This document shows positions 1-9,117 of a stretch of DNA of 64,000 bases, piece after piece; position 1 is the stretch's first letter; every line of letters begins with the position of its first letter. The stretch spans positions 32,001 through 96,000 of the IMG/VR virus record IMGVR_UViG_3300027586_000002, one strand, 5' to 3'. Made by a program: the position numbers and the translations under genes. This DNA is from a virus. The notes under the pieces were generated by a model that saw nothing but the letters and a program-made list of their open reading frames with translations, made no database searches and was not told where the DNA came from.

Positions 1-2
1 CC

Positions 3-176
3 ATCAGAGCTGTAGGTAACCTTACCGCCAAGCCGATCAAGAAGACTGTAAAGAAGGTCAAGACCACAGCCAAGAAGACCGGTAAGAAGGTAGTTGCAAA
101 GAATAAGAAGAAGGTTTTAACAGCTAAGTCTAAGACTAAGGTCAAGGCCAAGAAATCTAAAAAGCGTTCCAGCTAA
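3..176 (+). CDS. 3' end of Lys/Ala/Thr-rich, histone H1-like basic protein (5'-partial)
   Basis: Frame 3 reads ...AKPIKKTVKKVKTTAKKTGKKVVAKNKKKVLTAKSKTKVKAKKSKKRSS*; no start in window. Confidence 0.6.
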   Translation: MRAVGNLTAKPIKKTVKKVKTTAKKTGKKVVAKNKKKVLTAKSKTKVKAKKSKKRSS

Positions 177-184
177 GTAATACT

Positions 185-1147
185 ATGGACGAGAACGCTC
201 TGTTTAATCTGCTTAAGGAGCGATATGGCAAGGTGTCTCGCGCAAGTGGGGGCTGGTTTCAAATACCGTGCCCCACTTGTAGTCCTAAGAACGCTAGAAA
301 GATGAGGCGTTATGTTTCATACAAAAATCTATACACTAAATGTTGGATTTGTGAAACATCTATTACTAGGGAACAACTTCTAGGCCAGGCACTTATAGAC
401 TATAAGCCATCCGCTTTAGTTCAAAACATTGAAAAAACAATAAATCCTTGGGCAAATAAATTGCCTTATAGAAAGAGTATAGCGGTCAATAAATTACCGG
501 CCGAGCACCCTGCTGTTAAGTTCTTTAACAAAGATCACCTGATGGATATGGATAAACTGGCCATAGATCATGACATTGTTTATGTCCCATCTGATGGTGG
601 TGTAATTTTTAGAGATAGAAAACCATTGATTACTTCTGCTGAGAGAGTCATATTTCCAGTGAAGTGTAATGCTGAGTTAGTAGGCTGGCAAATGCGCTCA
701 ATTCCTAATACATTCTATGGCTCGCGTGAAGATGTGGTTCGCTATTATCATCTTTTTAATAAGGGAAATTTTCTATATAACTATGATACAGCTAAAAAGT
801 ACCAGGTGGTGGTGGTCACGGAAGGTGTTAAAAAAGCGCTCAAATTCCCGAACGGCGTGGCCACACTAGGCAAAGGAATATCAAGCAAACAGTTAGATCT
901 CATACAAGAATGGGACTTTATAACTTTGCTCTTAGATGGTGACGATAAAGGCCAAGAGGCAGCCGAGAAAGTAATGCGCTGTATAGAGAACGGACCAAAA
1001 ACGATTATAAATATAAACTTGATGGATTATGGTTATGAATCGCCCGATGACGCAACTAGTGAAGCGTTAGGAAAAATCGTTTCCGATGCGTGGATGGACC
1101 AATACCCAGACTCGGTTATAAAAAGCCAAAAGCCAGATATGACTTAA
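185..1147 (+). CDS. dnaG: DNA primase (Zn finger + TOPRIM)
   Basis: CPTC...CWIC zinc finger, R-IFP/GWQMR, TOPRIM VTEG and LLDGD motifs; near helicase. Confidence 0.85.
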   Translation: MDENALFNLLKERYGKVSRASGGWFQIPCPTCSPKNARKMRRYVSYKNLYTKCWICETSITREQLLGQALIDYKPSALVQNIEKTINPWANKLPYRKSIAVNKLPAEHPAVKFFNKDHLMDMDKLAIDHDIVYVPSDGGVIFRDRKPLITSAERVIFPVKCNAELVGWQMRSIPNTFYGSREDVVRYYHLFNKGNFLYNYDTAKKYQVVVVTEGVKKALKFPNGVATLGKGISSKQLDLIQEWDFITLLLDGDDKGQEAAEKVMRCIENGPKTIININLMDYGYESPDDATSEALGKIVSDAWMDQYPDSVIKSQKPDMT

Positions 1148-1217
1148 CTGTTATGTCTTGGAAATACCCAAAATTCAAAGCTTATTTTTATGAGCAAGTT
1201 GAATAAAATTAAATATA

Positions 1218-1490
1218 ATGACACAAACTACGCATACAATTGAAAAGATCCGCTCTTTTCTGCTAGACGATGGGTGGACCTTGCTCTACTCTGTTGGGAA
1301 ATTAAATATCTACACAAAAGGAGATGATTTTGAAATAAGCCTCCCTAAAGAAGCAGACCATCCTGAATACGAAGACTTAGTTGATTCGGCGGTTATAGAT
1401 TTAGCTGAGCTTTACAACACCGATGAGGATGACATTTTAATACGAATATATGGGTTACCAAAAAACAGCCAGGGAGATGATGCGCGATGA
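1218..1490 (+). CDS. hypothetical acidic protein, possible HicA-like fold
   Basis: 'FLLDDGW...IY....ISLP' pattern; in operon. Confidence 0.5.
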   Translation: MTQTTHTIEKIRSFLLDDGWTLLYSVGKLNIYTKGDDFEISLPKEADHPEYEDLVDSAVIDLAELYNTDEDDILIRIYGLPKNSQGDDAR

Positions 1491-1983
1491 GTATATAAGG
1501 TTTGCTAAGAAAACTATTCCTTATTACAAAGGCAGCGAAAAGCTTGAAGAGGCACTGGACAAAGCTGAAATATTGTGTGAAGGAAAAGACCCGGTATTGT
1601 GGGTTCAGGCGCAATACCGCTATAAGCCAAAAGATGAGTTTTACCCAAATAGCTTACATTATAGAAATGGCACACAGAATTATATAAAATATTTAAACAG
1701 CGCTTCAACAGAGGAAGACATGCTGTTCCAGGTACAACTACAGTATTTAAACAGTGCAGTAGAGAAGACAGGCAGATCTGATTTGGAAGTACTTTCAGAC
1801 ATCAATTTAGATTTTAAGCCGTGGTTTCGTGTGTTAATGACCAGGGAACCTGATGAGGAGCTTTTACAAAGATATGGTGCCGAGGCCAAAGACTGCATTG
1901 AACAGATACCAAAAATAAAAGCATTGTTAAAAAGAAACAATGTGAACCTAACTCGTTTATATGGAAAAGAACTTAATGGATAG
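1450..1983 (+). CDS. hypothetical protein between primase and helicase
   Basis: Tight operon packing; no recognised motif. Confidence 0.65.
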   Translation: MGYQKTAREMMRDEYIRFAKKTIPYYKGSEKLEEALDKAEILCEGKDPVLWVQAQYRYKPKDEFYPNSLHYRNGTQNYIKYLNSASTEEDMLFQVQLQYLNSAVEKTGRSDLEVLSDINLDFKPWFRVLMTREPDEELLQRYGAEAKDCIEQIPKIKALLKRNNVNLTRLYGKELNG

Positions 1984-3361
1984 CTCTGATTATTACGAGT
2001 TAATGCTCAGGCATTTGATTTGTGATTCAGAACTGTATAAAAAAGCTTTAAAGCTAGGCGTTACAGCTGACGACTTTTTAAGCAGCAGTGTTGGAGGCAT
2101 ACTAATATACAAGATTTTTGCTGAGATAGCTTTTGAGACTAACGCAACACCAATAAGCAAAGATCTATTCTTGCTGAAGCTAAAAGAGAAATTTGACAAG
2201 ACTCCATCTTTGGAAGGCAGAGCGGAATCTGCTGGAGAGCTATACGAGAAAGTATATGCGACTACTTTAGATTCAAAGTATGCAACAGATAATCTGAGGT
2301 TGTTTGTAAAGCGCCGACGCCAGCTAAAGGCCAAGCAAGAGCATTCAACTAATGAGGATGCGTTATTAACCGCGCTTAGTAACATAGAAAAAGACCTCTC
2401 TGGCAAGGAAGTGGCTGCGCTTGTAACAATTGACTACCCATTTAAGAAGTTACTAAAACAACAATTAACAAATTTAATACCTACAGGATTTGCCAGGATA
2501 GATACTGCTCTTGGCGGAGGAGGAATAGCTAAGGGAGAATACGGCTTGATAATCGGGTATACAGGTGGCGGTAAATCTGCCATGGCTGTTTGCATCGTCA
2601 GATCTAATGCCATACTTGGAAACAAGGCTGCATTTGTATCCATGGAAGAAACAACTGTCAATATCTCCAACAGATTGTACTCACAGGTGTTCAGGATTAA
2701 CTACTCTGACCTGCGCAGCGGTAAGGCTGGAATGGAGCTGGAACAACAGTTTAATGAAAACCCTGACAATCCACATAGAAGGTTGTTATCTGACAACCTG
2801 GCGTTGTTTGGCTTAAAAGAAGCTACTCCAATAACACCGGCAGCTATACTAGAGACACTTAGGAAACACTTTGATGATACAGGGTTTATTCCTGATGTCG
2901 TAGTTCTAGACCAGATGCAATTCATGGAGCCAAATGAAAAGAAGAAAAATGAAAGCTCATGGGATACTCAGGCCCGGCTTTCTCATGACTGCGATTGGTT
3001 GTCACATCAGACCATAGGAGGACAGCCGTTTGGATTGTGGGTCTTACATCAAGCCAAGGGCGGTAAGATGAGTAAGTTCTTTACCCATGCTGAGATATCA
3101 GGGTTTAAGGGAATTCTCCAGCCAGCCGATATAGCAATTGGTATAGGAAGAGAAGATCAAAAAAGCAAAGACTTCGGAATTTTCTCATTGAAGACCAGAC
3201 ATACTGCTGGCTTCGAAGTAGACTATGAAGGAGAACTTGAATACATGACGTTTAGAGATAGATTGGCGGGCACATTTGAAAACATAGAGGCATACCAGGG
3301 ACCCACGTCTAATCCTACAAGAGAAGAAATGCCTCATTTTAGAAATCCATTAATAGAATGA
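1961..3361 (+). CDS. dnaB: DnaB-like replicative helicase (start may be 1976)
   Basis: IPTGF..ID, Walker A GYTGGGKS, SMEE, VVLDQ, LKTRH. Confidence 0.9.
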   Translation: MEKNLMDSSDYYELMLRHLICDSELYKKALKLGVTADDFLSSSVGGILIYKIFAEIAFETNATPISKDLFLLKLKEKFDKTPSLEGRAESAGELYEKVYATTLDSKYATDNLRLFVKRRRQLKAKQEHSTNEDALLTALSNIEKDLSGKEVAALVTIDYPFKKLLKQQLTNLIPTGFARIDTALGGGGIAKGEYGLIIGYTGGGKSAMAVCIVRSNAILGNKAAFVSMEETTVNISNRLYSQVFRINYSDLRSGKAGMELEQQFNENPDNPHRRLLSDNLALFGLKEATPITPAAILETLRKHFDDTGFIPDVVVLDQMQFMEPNEKKKNESSWDTQARLSHDCDWLSHQTIGGQPFGLWVLHQAKGGKMSKFFTHAEISGFKGILQPADIAIGIGREDQKSKDFGIFSLKTRHTAGFEVDYEGELEYMTFRDRLAGTFENIEAYQGPTSNPTREEMPHFRNPLIE

Positions 3362-6252
3362 ACAAAGAACCAGAAGTTATATTATATGATAGCGCAGGTG
3401 AAGCTATTGTGGTTCCTCCAGTAGAAGTAAAGGTCGAACCTCCTTATGTTAAGAAGCTGTTTGAGCATCATCACATAAATGGCAAGACCTGGTTTCCACC
3501 GAGAGGTAATACCAAGGCAAAGCTGATGCTGATTTTATCACATCCTGCTTTTGATGATCTAAAGAATAGATATTTGCTAAGTGGCGAAAACGAGCAAGAA
3601 GTAAGAGATGCATTGGCTGAAGCAGGAATCGCCTCATCAGAAGTGTATATCACGTCAATGGTAAAGTATGGACTTGGTACGGGATCAAAGGCTTCGGCTA
3701 CAAGTATAGCGGATTGTTCTGAGATGCTGGACTATGAAATTAACCTTGTAAAGCCTAAGTTAATAATGACTCTTGGTGCTGAGCCATTTAAGCGCATCAT
3801 GAAGGCTAACAGGAAGCAAACCGACTCTATAGGTGAGATTATTGACAGCCCGTACGGTAAGCATTTGGCCAATTATTCACCAGGAATGATCACTACTATT
3901 GACCCAAAGAAAAGATCAGTATTCCGTGACATCTTTGAGCTTGCTGGTAGATATATAAAAGATAAATTAAACTATACTCCTTTTGAGTATATTTTAGTGG
4001 AAGACCCCGCAGTTAATCGTGAAATAGTCGCACATTACATTGCCAATAATAAGCTCACTGTGGCTTATGATGGCGAATGGGAGACTGAGCATAGAATGAC
4101 TGACGGTGAAGTAATGTATACTTTTCAATATTGCTGCGAACCTAACAAGGCAATTATATTGAATCTATCCACAGATGGAGTTAATGAAAATAGAGAGTTA
4201 TTGGATACAATGAAGCCATTGCTTGAACATCCTAAGGCCGACCGATTAGGTTGGAACATCCGTGTGGACGACAAGCGACTGACAATAAGAGGATTCAATC
4301 TACCTGACGAAACGTTAGGCTTTGATGGCATGAAAGCAATGTCATTTATAGACAGCCGTTGGGCTAAGGGGCTGGAAACTGGACTGAAGAAGTTCACTAA
4401 CTACGCTCCTTATTACAACGCACTGTTTAAGATAGAAGCTGACAACAAAATTGATGCCAAGGACCTTGTTAAGGTAAGGTCTATAAATCCAGATGCTTAT
4501 CATAATTACTGTGCGGGCGATGCTGTGACTACTTATACAGCATGTATTAACATGAGGAATTGGATGAATAAGAATCTGCCTAAAAAACAGCTAGATTATT
4601 ATTTCAACACTTACTTGCCGTTATCCAATTATTTTAAAGATCTGGAATTGTCAGGCATACCTATTGATGTAAAGGTGATGGAGGAAATCACCGAAAAATA
4701 TACTACCAAATACATTGAATTAAAGGGCAAGCTTGATGCTTTACTAAAGCCTTATGGTTACGACCAAGTAAGCTATAATGAGTATATAAAAGAGCATACA
4801 GATGAAGAAGCTAAGACAGCCAATATAAGAGAATCGTTCAATCCTGCATCATCAATGCAAAAGAAGGAGCTTTTATTTGAGGTGTTAGAGTTGACTCCAG
4901 CTTATTATACAAAAGCAGGCAAGGCGGCAAAACCAAGAGCCTGGTGGGTGAAGCAAAAAGAAAAAAATCAGGAGAAGTATAAGCCTTCTTCAAACAGCAA
5001 ATCTCTATCTGCTCTTAAGTTCTCGATTGTCAGCGAAATGGAGAAACCCAAGGTTAAAAATAAAGTTGGGTTGGAAAGTAAGCATGAGATAATCGAAACG
5101 TTACTAGACTTGAATCGTGTAAGTGTCTTTTCTCAGAAGTTTTTGAGTAAGAAAGGAACATTGTACGAAGAGGAGGAAACTCATGAAGACGGGGAGGACC
5201 CGTTAAAGTCTTCTTACTGGGCAGCCATGTGCAAAGACCAAAAGGTACGTCCTGACTTTTTTGAATGTCTAAACAACTTCAGAAGCAGCTCAAAGGTTAA
5301 TGTACAAAACCCAGCTTCTAAAGTATTAAGCCATATACCAAACATATTTGTTCCTGGTTACGACTTAATGTCTAAAGAAGACAAGGCAGCTAACGAGCAT
5401 TTGATACCTAGAAATATTAGACATATCTTTTATTCTGGTGACCCTGATTGGTATTGGGTTGAATGCGACGTGGCGGGGGCTGACTTGGCTATTGCTGCAT
5501 TTTTATCTCAAGACCCAGAATATATACATGATATCTTGAAGGGCGGGTTTCACACCACCAAGATGCGCGAATACTTCAATGACCCTACACTTGATAAAGA
5601 CAAAGATATATCAAGATATGTTATAGCTAAGTCGATTACATTCAGAGTAGCTTATACTTCTGAGCTTTTGTCAGCAGCAATGCCGATTCAAGCGGAAATC
5701 TATTCTGAAAGCGGCAACAATGTTGATATAAAGACATTAGAGTATGCCTTGAAGACTTGGGAAAGATATAAAAAATATATAGATTACCGTGAGAACTGTA
5801 AAGCACAGGTAAGAGACTATAACTTTATAGAGAATGCCAGAGGTATAAAGTATCATTTTGAGGAAACTGAAAACTTCGGTGTACTGGCCGGATGGTTAAA
5901 CGAATCTTTGGCTTATCCAATAGCCAGCGAGTTAGCATTGTTTATCTGGGATGTGTCCGTTGCCACAAGGCAGCAGTTCATCAAAGACAAGGTTTGGATG
6001 AAATACGTCAAACCTGTAAACTCTGTTCACGATGCTGCTTATTGGATAATTCATAAGGACCTTATGAAGGACGACTACTTCCAAGAGGTGTGCAAGCACT
6101 ATTTTACACAACATTGTAGAATAGCAACTGGCGACCGTCTAGGTATGGAGATGAAGATTGCTGACCGCTGGAAAGCGGACAAGAAACACACTGTATTTAG
6201 TAAAGAAACAGTTTGGGACTTTAAGAATCATCATTGGAAATGGAAAGATTAA
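3358..6252 (+). CDS. polA: family A DNA polymerase with N-terminal family-4 UDG-like domain and 3'-5' exonuclease
   Basis: UDG4-like 'PPRGN..AKLM...YITSMVK...C...L..EI.LVKP..I.TLG'; exo DGEW/YCAGDA; motifs A (ECDVAGADL), B (R..IAKSITF..Y), C (VHDA). Confidence 0.9.
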   Translation: MNKEPEVILYDSAGEAIVVPPVEVKVEPPYVKKLFEHHHINGKTWFPPRGNTKAKLMLILSHPAFDDLKNRYLLSGENEQEVRDALAEAGIASSEVYITSMVKYGLGTGSKASATSIADCSEMLDYEINLVKPKLIMTLGAEPFKRIMKANRKQTDSIGEIIDSPYGKHLANYSPGMITTIDPKKRSVFRDIFELAGRYIKDKLNYTPFEYILVEDPAVNREIVAHYIANNKLTVAYDGEWETEHRMTDGEVMYTFQYCCEPNKAIILNLSTDGVNENRELLDTMKPLLEHPKADRLGWNIRVDDKRLTIRGFNLPDETLGFDGMKAMSFIDSRWAKGLETGLKKFTNYAPYYNALFKIEADNKIDAKDLVKVRSINPDAYHNYCAGDAVTTYTACINMRNWMNKNLPKKQLDYYFNTYLPLSNYFKDLELSGIPIDVKVMEEITEKYTTKYIELKGKLDALLKPYGYDQVSYNEYIKEHTDEEAKTANIRESFNPASSMQKKELLFEVLELTPAYYTKAGKAAKPRAWWVKQKEKNQEKYKPSSNSKSLSALKFSIVSEMEKPKVKNKVGLESKHEIIETLLDLNRVSVFSQKFLSKKGTLYEEEETHEDGEDPLKSSYWAAMCKDQKVRPDFFECLNNFRSSSKVNVQNPASKVLSHIPNIFVPGYDLMSKEDKAANEHLIPRNIRHIFYSGDPDWYWVECDVAGADLAIAAFLSQDPEYIHDILKGGFHTTKMREYFNDPTLDKDKDISRYVIAKSITFRVAYTSELLSAAMPIQAEIYSESGNNVDIKTLEYALKTWERYKKYIDYRENCKAQVRDYNFIENARGIKYHFEETENFGVLAGWLNESLAYPIASELALFIWDVSVATRQQFIKDKVWMKYVKPVNSVHDAAYWIIHKDLMKDDYFQEVCKHYFTQHCRIATGDRLGMEMKIADRWKADKKHTVFSKETVWDFKNHHWKWKD

Positions 6253-6358
6253 CCAAATAACAAACAGAATGTCCCATCAATACTAAATAATACAAAAGAG
6301 TTTGATGGTTCAAGATTGTTAAATCGAATAACTATGTTTAAACAACAAGCTCTTAATT

Positions 6359-7426
6359 ATGACCCTGTATAATACCGTCGGTTCAGGCAAACAACTTAGG
6401 TTAGTCACCAATGAAGTTAATGTAGCCATTCTTGGTACTAAAATAAATGTGTTTACTGATATAACAGAAACACATTGGTTCTCATGGAACGAGGCTTTTT
6501 CCTTCATGGAGCTTCTATGCACTAAAGATTACAAGACAGCGTTAGCTGAATATATAATATCAGAAGGAGAAGATGTAGTATTAAAGCTTGATGATAATAA
6601 AAATGTAACTGGTTGTTATATATCTGAAAGATTGTTCTATAAGCTATTATTGACTAGAAGTAAAACCCAACACGCCCAGCAGATGAGTGCACTTCTATCT
6701 AAGAATGTGTTAACTGGCATGAGAAAGGCTGGGCATTTTACCATTAGCGATGATAACTTCAATAGCCTACCTTTAATATTCACAGAAATGCTAAGTATTG
6801 ATAATAAGATAATTAAAGCTAGTGAGGATGTTAAACCTGCCACACTAGTAACTAAACCGTTAAATAAAGACAGTAACCCATTAGACAAGCACCAGGAAGC
6901 TTCTGCTTCGCCGGTGACCAGAGACACAGTAACCATTAAATTAAATATGACCACACCCGAGACAAAAGCACCGCAGACAGATGTTGATGAAGTAGACCAA
7001 ATCATCCTCAAAGCAGGCTGCTTTGATAAGGCTAAAGATACGAAGAAAACACGTAACATCATAAGGTCTGTGATTCAAGCTGGGCCTGACGGTGTGCAAC
7101 TAGACACACTATGCCAGCAATTTGACATGGCTGCTCCAGAGATCAGTGGCTGGGACAATACTAGATTTCCAATACTGAAAGTTACTGCAGGCAGTAAGAA
7201 AAAGAAGCTAGTATGGCAAGGTAAATTCCCAGGGGATATCACCTTGGTCCAGGTCGGAACCGCCACAGCTCCTATGCTAGTAGCACCAACAGTACCAGTT
7301 CTTCCTCAGCAAGCTAACTACGCAGGCATTCGTAAGCCTACGGTTGCAGGTAATAAGTTTCAAGGGGTTACTAATAGTAAGCCAGGCATAACCGGCCCTG
7401 GTGATCATGTAGTTATAGCTGAATAA
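6359..7426 (+). CDS. Bro-N-like DNA-binding protein
   Basis: 'ISERLFYKLLLTRSKTQHAQQM...VLTGMRKAGHF' resembles Bro-N C-terminal motif. Confidence 0.55.
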   Translation: MTLYNTVGSGKQLRLVTNEVNVAILGTKINVFTDITETHWFSWNEAFSFMELLCTKDYKTALAEYIISEGEDVVLKLDDNKNVTGCYISERLFYKLLLTRSKTQHAQQMSALLSKNVLTGMRKAGHFTISDDNFNSLPLIFTEMLSIDNKIIKASEDVKPATLVTKPLNKDSNPLDKHQEASASPVTRDTVTIKLNMTTPETKAPQTDVDEVDQIILKAGCFDKAKDTKKTRNIIRSVIQAGPDGVQLDTLCQQFDMAAPEISGWDNTRFPILKVTAGSKKKKLVWQGKFPGDITLVQVGTATAPMLVAPTVPVLPQQANYAGIRKPTVAGNKFQGVTNSKPGITGPGDHVVIAE

Positions 7427-7548
7427 GCTTATAAGGTGTAAATAGGTCAAACCTTCATATTTCATATTTCAAATGCAAAAAAGAGCCAATCTTTTCCTGC
7501 CAGGTTGTCTGCTGGGTTTCACTAACCGTGAAACTCACAGACGACTAA

Positions 7549-8283
7549 ATGTTAAAATTATCAAATAATAGCAAAACCAAATTCAAGTCATGTCATTTAA
7601 ATACCTTCGGTTTGATGTTCGGCCCCGAGGAAGCTGGAGGCACCTGTCCAGGTGCTACCAGCGGGCCAGGTGGATGTATTTCGCTTAAAAAATTAGGCGG
7701 TAAAGTTCGAACTTGCTATATGGATAAGCTTGTAAAGGCTTATCCCGCGCTAGGTAAAGTACTAACACACAATACAGATATCTTAAAAAACAAAACGGTT
7801 GATGAAATGGTAGTAATACTAAGATTGACCGTCTTGCATTTTATAGAAGAGAGTGACAATACAGACCTATATTTCCGTCTGCATTACTCTGGAGATTTTT
7901 TCTCAATCGATTATGCTAAGGCATGGAGTATAGTTATAAAAGAGTTTAAACAGGTACAGTTTTGGGTATACACCCGATCTTTTATAGACGAACTAAATGT
8001 CTTGCCGTTTTTGGTTGATAACGATAATTTGACCCTGTTTCTATCAGTAGATCCTGTTAATAAAGAACTGGGGTTTAAAGCATATGAACCTTACAAAGAT
8101 AAAAAAAATGTAGGGTTAGCTTGGATGGGAAATACGAAACCAGAAAGTTATAGATGGGTTACTTGCCCTGAAACTTCTGGTAAAATAAGTAATAAACCCA
8201 ATATGGGGGCTTGTGGAAAATGCAGGCTGTGTGTTGACAATTACAACCACAAAGTCAAAAATATACAATTTTTGATACATTAA
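7549..8283 (+). CDS. GP88-like Cys-rich (radical-SAM-like) phage protein
   Basis: TCPGA..C...CY, FRLHYSGDFF, FWVYTR, CP...CGKCRLC. Confidence 0.75.
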   Translation: MLKLSNNSKTKFKSCHLNTFGLMFGPEEAGGTCPGATSGPGGCISLKKLGGKVRTCYMDKLVKAYPALGKVLTHNTDILKNKTVDEMVVILRLTVLHFIEESDNTDLYFRLHYSGDFFSIDYAKAWSIVIKEFKQVQFWVYTRSFIDELNVLPFLVDNDNLTLFLSVDPVNKELGFKAYEPYKDKKNVGLAWMGNTKPESYRWVTCPETSGKISNKPNMGACGKCRLCVDNYNHKVKNIQFLIH

Positions 8284-8299
8284 ATGCCGGTAATAAAAT
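8272..8299 (+). promoter_or_regulatory. sigma70-like promoter giving probably leaderless Ubl mRNA
   Basis: TTGATA-N16-TAAAAT ending 5 nt before ATG 8305. Confidence 0.45.
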
Positions 8300-8304
8300 A
8301 GCCT

Positions 8305-9036
8305 ATGAAAACTGTAAAACTCAAAATCTGCAACGAACACGGTGACACCCAAAAAGAAGTCACTCAGACTGCTGCAGTTGAAGAAATCATAAATGAACAT
8401 TTTAAAAATGGACGCTGGGTCTACGTTGGTTCTAACGCAGTAAGCTTTACTGCTTCAAACCCAACAGACAGCAAGTTGGCAGCAGATCGCGCCGAAATTT
8501 CCAAGCTTCTTGACGATATGGAGAACCCGATGGTAATCATGACAGGGGATCTTGTGGGTGGGGCGACTAAAAGCAAGACCAAGTGCAAGTCACGCTCGGC
8601 AACGGCCGAGGGAACAAACGCGAAAAGTCTTAGCTCCGGCCGGTATCCTACCTCCTGCAAAAAAGTTGGTTGTGTAAAAAATGATGCGACTGGTCGGCCT
8701 ATTATTCAATTTGGGTATAAGCCTGCCTATCTTCCAGAAGGATTTGAGACCAAGGACCTTGGGGCAAGCACATCACTAAACTTTGGTTCAGGTTCTTCAG
8801 TGACGTTGACCCGTGGGCCTCTGTCTAAGGTATTCAACTCTCATCGCACACCGCAGCTTGCGGTTAGCGTGCAGATGATTGGCGGACAAGAAACAGTTAA
8901 TGTTATGGTCACCGACTACAAGGGCTCTCTTGCTCGTTTGAAGAGGCACCTTGGCTTCATCTCTGCGTCAATCAATGAGGTGCTAGACGACGAAGTAGTT
9001 ACCCGCGCTTATATGCCTGGCAGCAGGATATTCTAA
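8305..9036 (+). CDS. ubiquitin-like (beta-grasp) domain ending LVGG at residue 86, fused to 157-aa C-terminal extension
   Basis: N-terminal strand KTVKLKI, 'VIMTGDLVGG' then low-complexity linker; upstream of JAB and ThiF genes. Confidence 0.65.
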   Translation: MKTVKLKICNEHGDTQKEVTQTAAVEEIINEHFKNGRWVYVGSNAVSFTASNPTDSKLAADRAEISKLLDDMENPMVIMTGDLVGGATKSKTKCKSRSATAEGTNAKSLSSGRYPTSCKKVGCVKNDATGRPIIQFGYKPAYLPEGFETKDLGASTSLNFGSGSSVTLTRGPLSKVFNSHRTPQLAVSVQMIGGQETVNVMVTDYKGSLARLKRHLGFISASINEVLDDEVVTRAYMPGSRIF

Positions 9037-9063
9037 TTGCTTACAGCTGTAAGCTTCAATAAC

Positions 9064-9098
9064 AAAGCCTGCTCAGGTTAACTGAGCAGGCTTTATTT
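9064..9098 (+). terminator. intrinsic terminator after Ubl gene
   Basis: AAAGCCTGCTCAG-GTTAA-CTGAGCAGGCTTT-ATTT perfect 13-bp stem. Confidence 0.75.
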
Positions 9099-9117
9099 AC
9101 TAGTATTATCTCAAATT

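Noticed and set aside
3358-6252. Intein or intron in the long DNA polymerase
   Set aside because: Continuous ORF, no C...HN-(C/S/T) splice junctions or LAGLIDADG blocks seen; length explained by UDG domain and charged insertions
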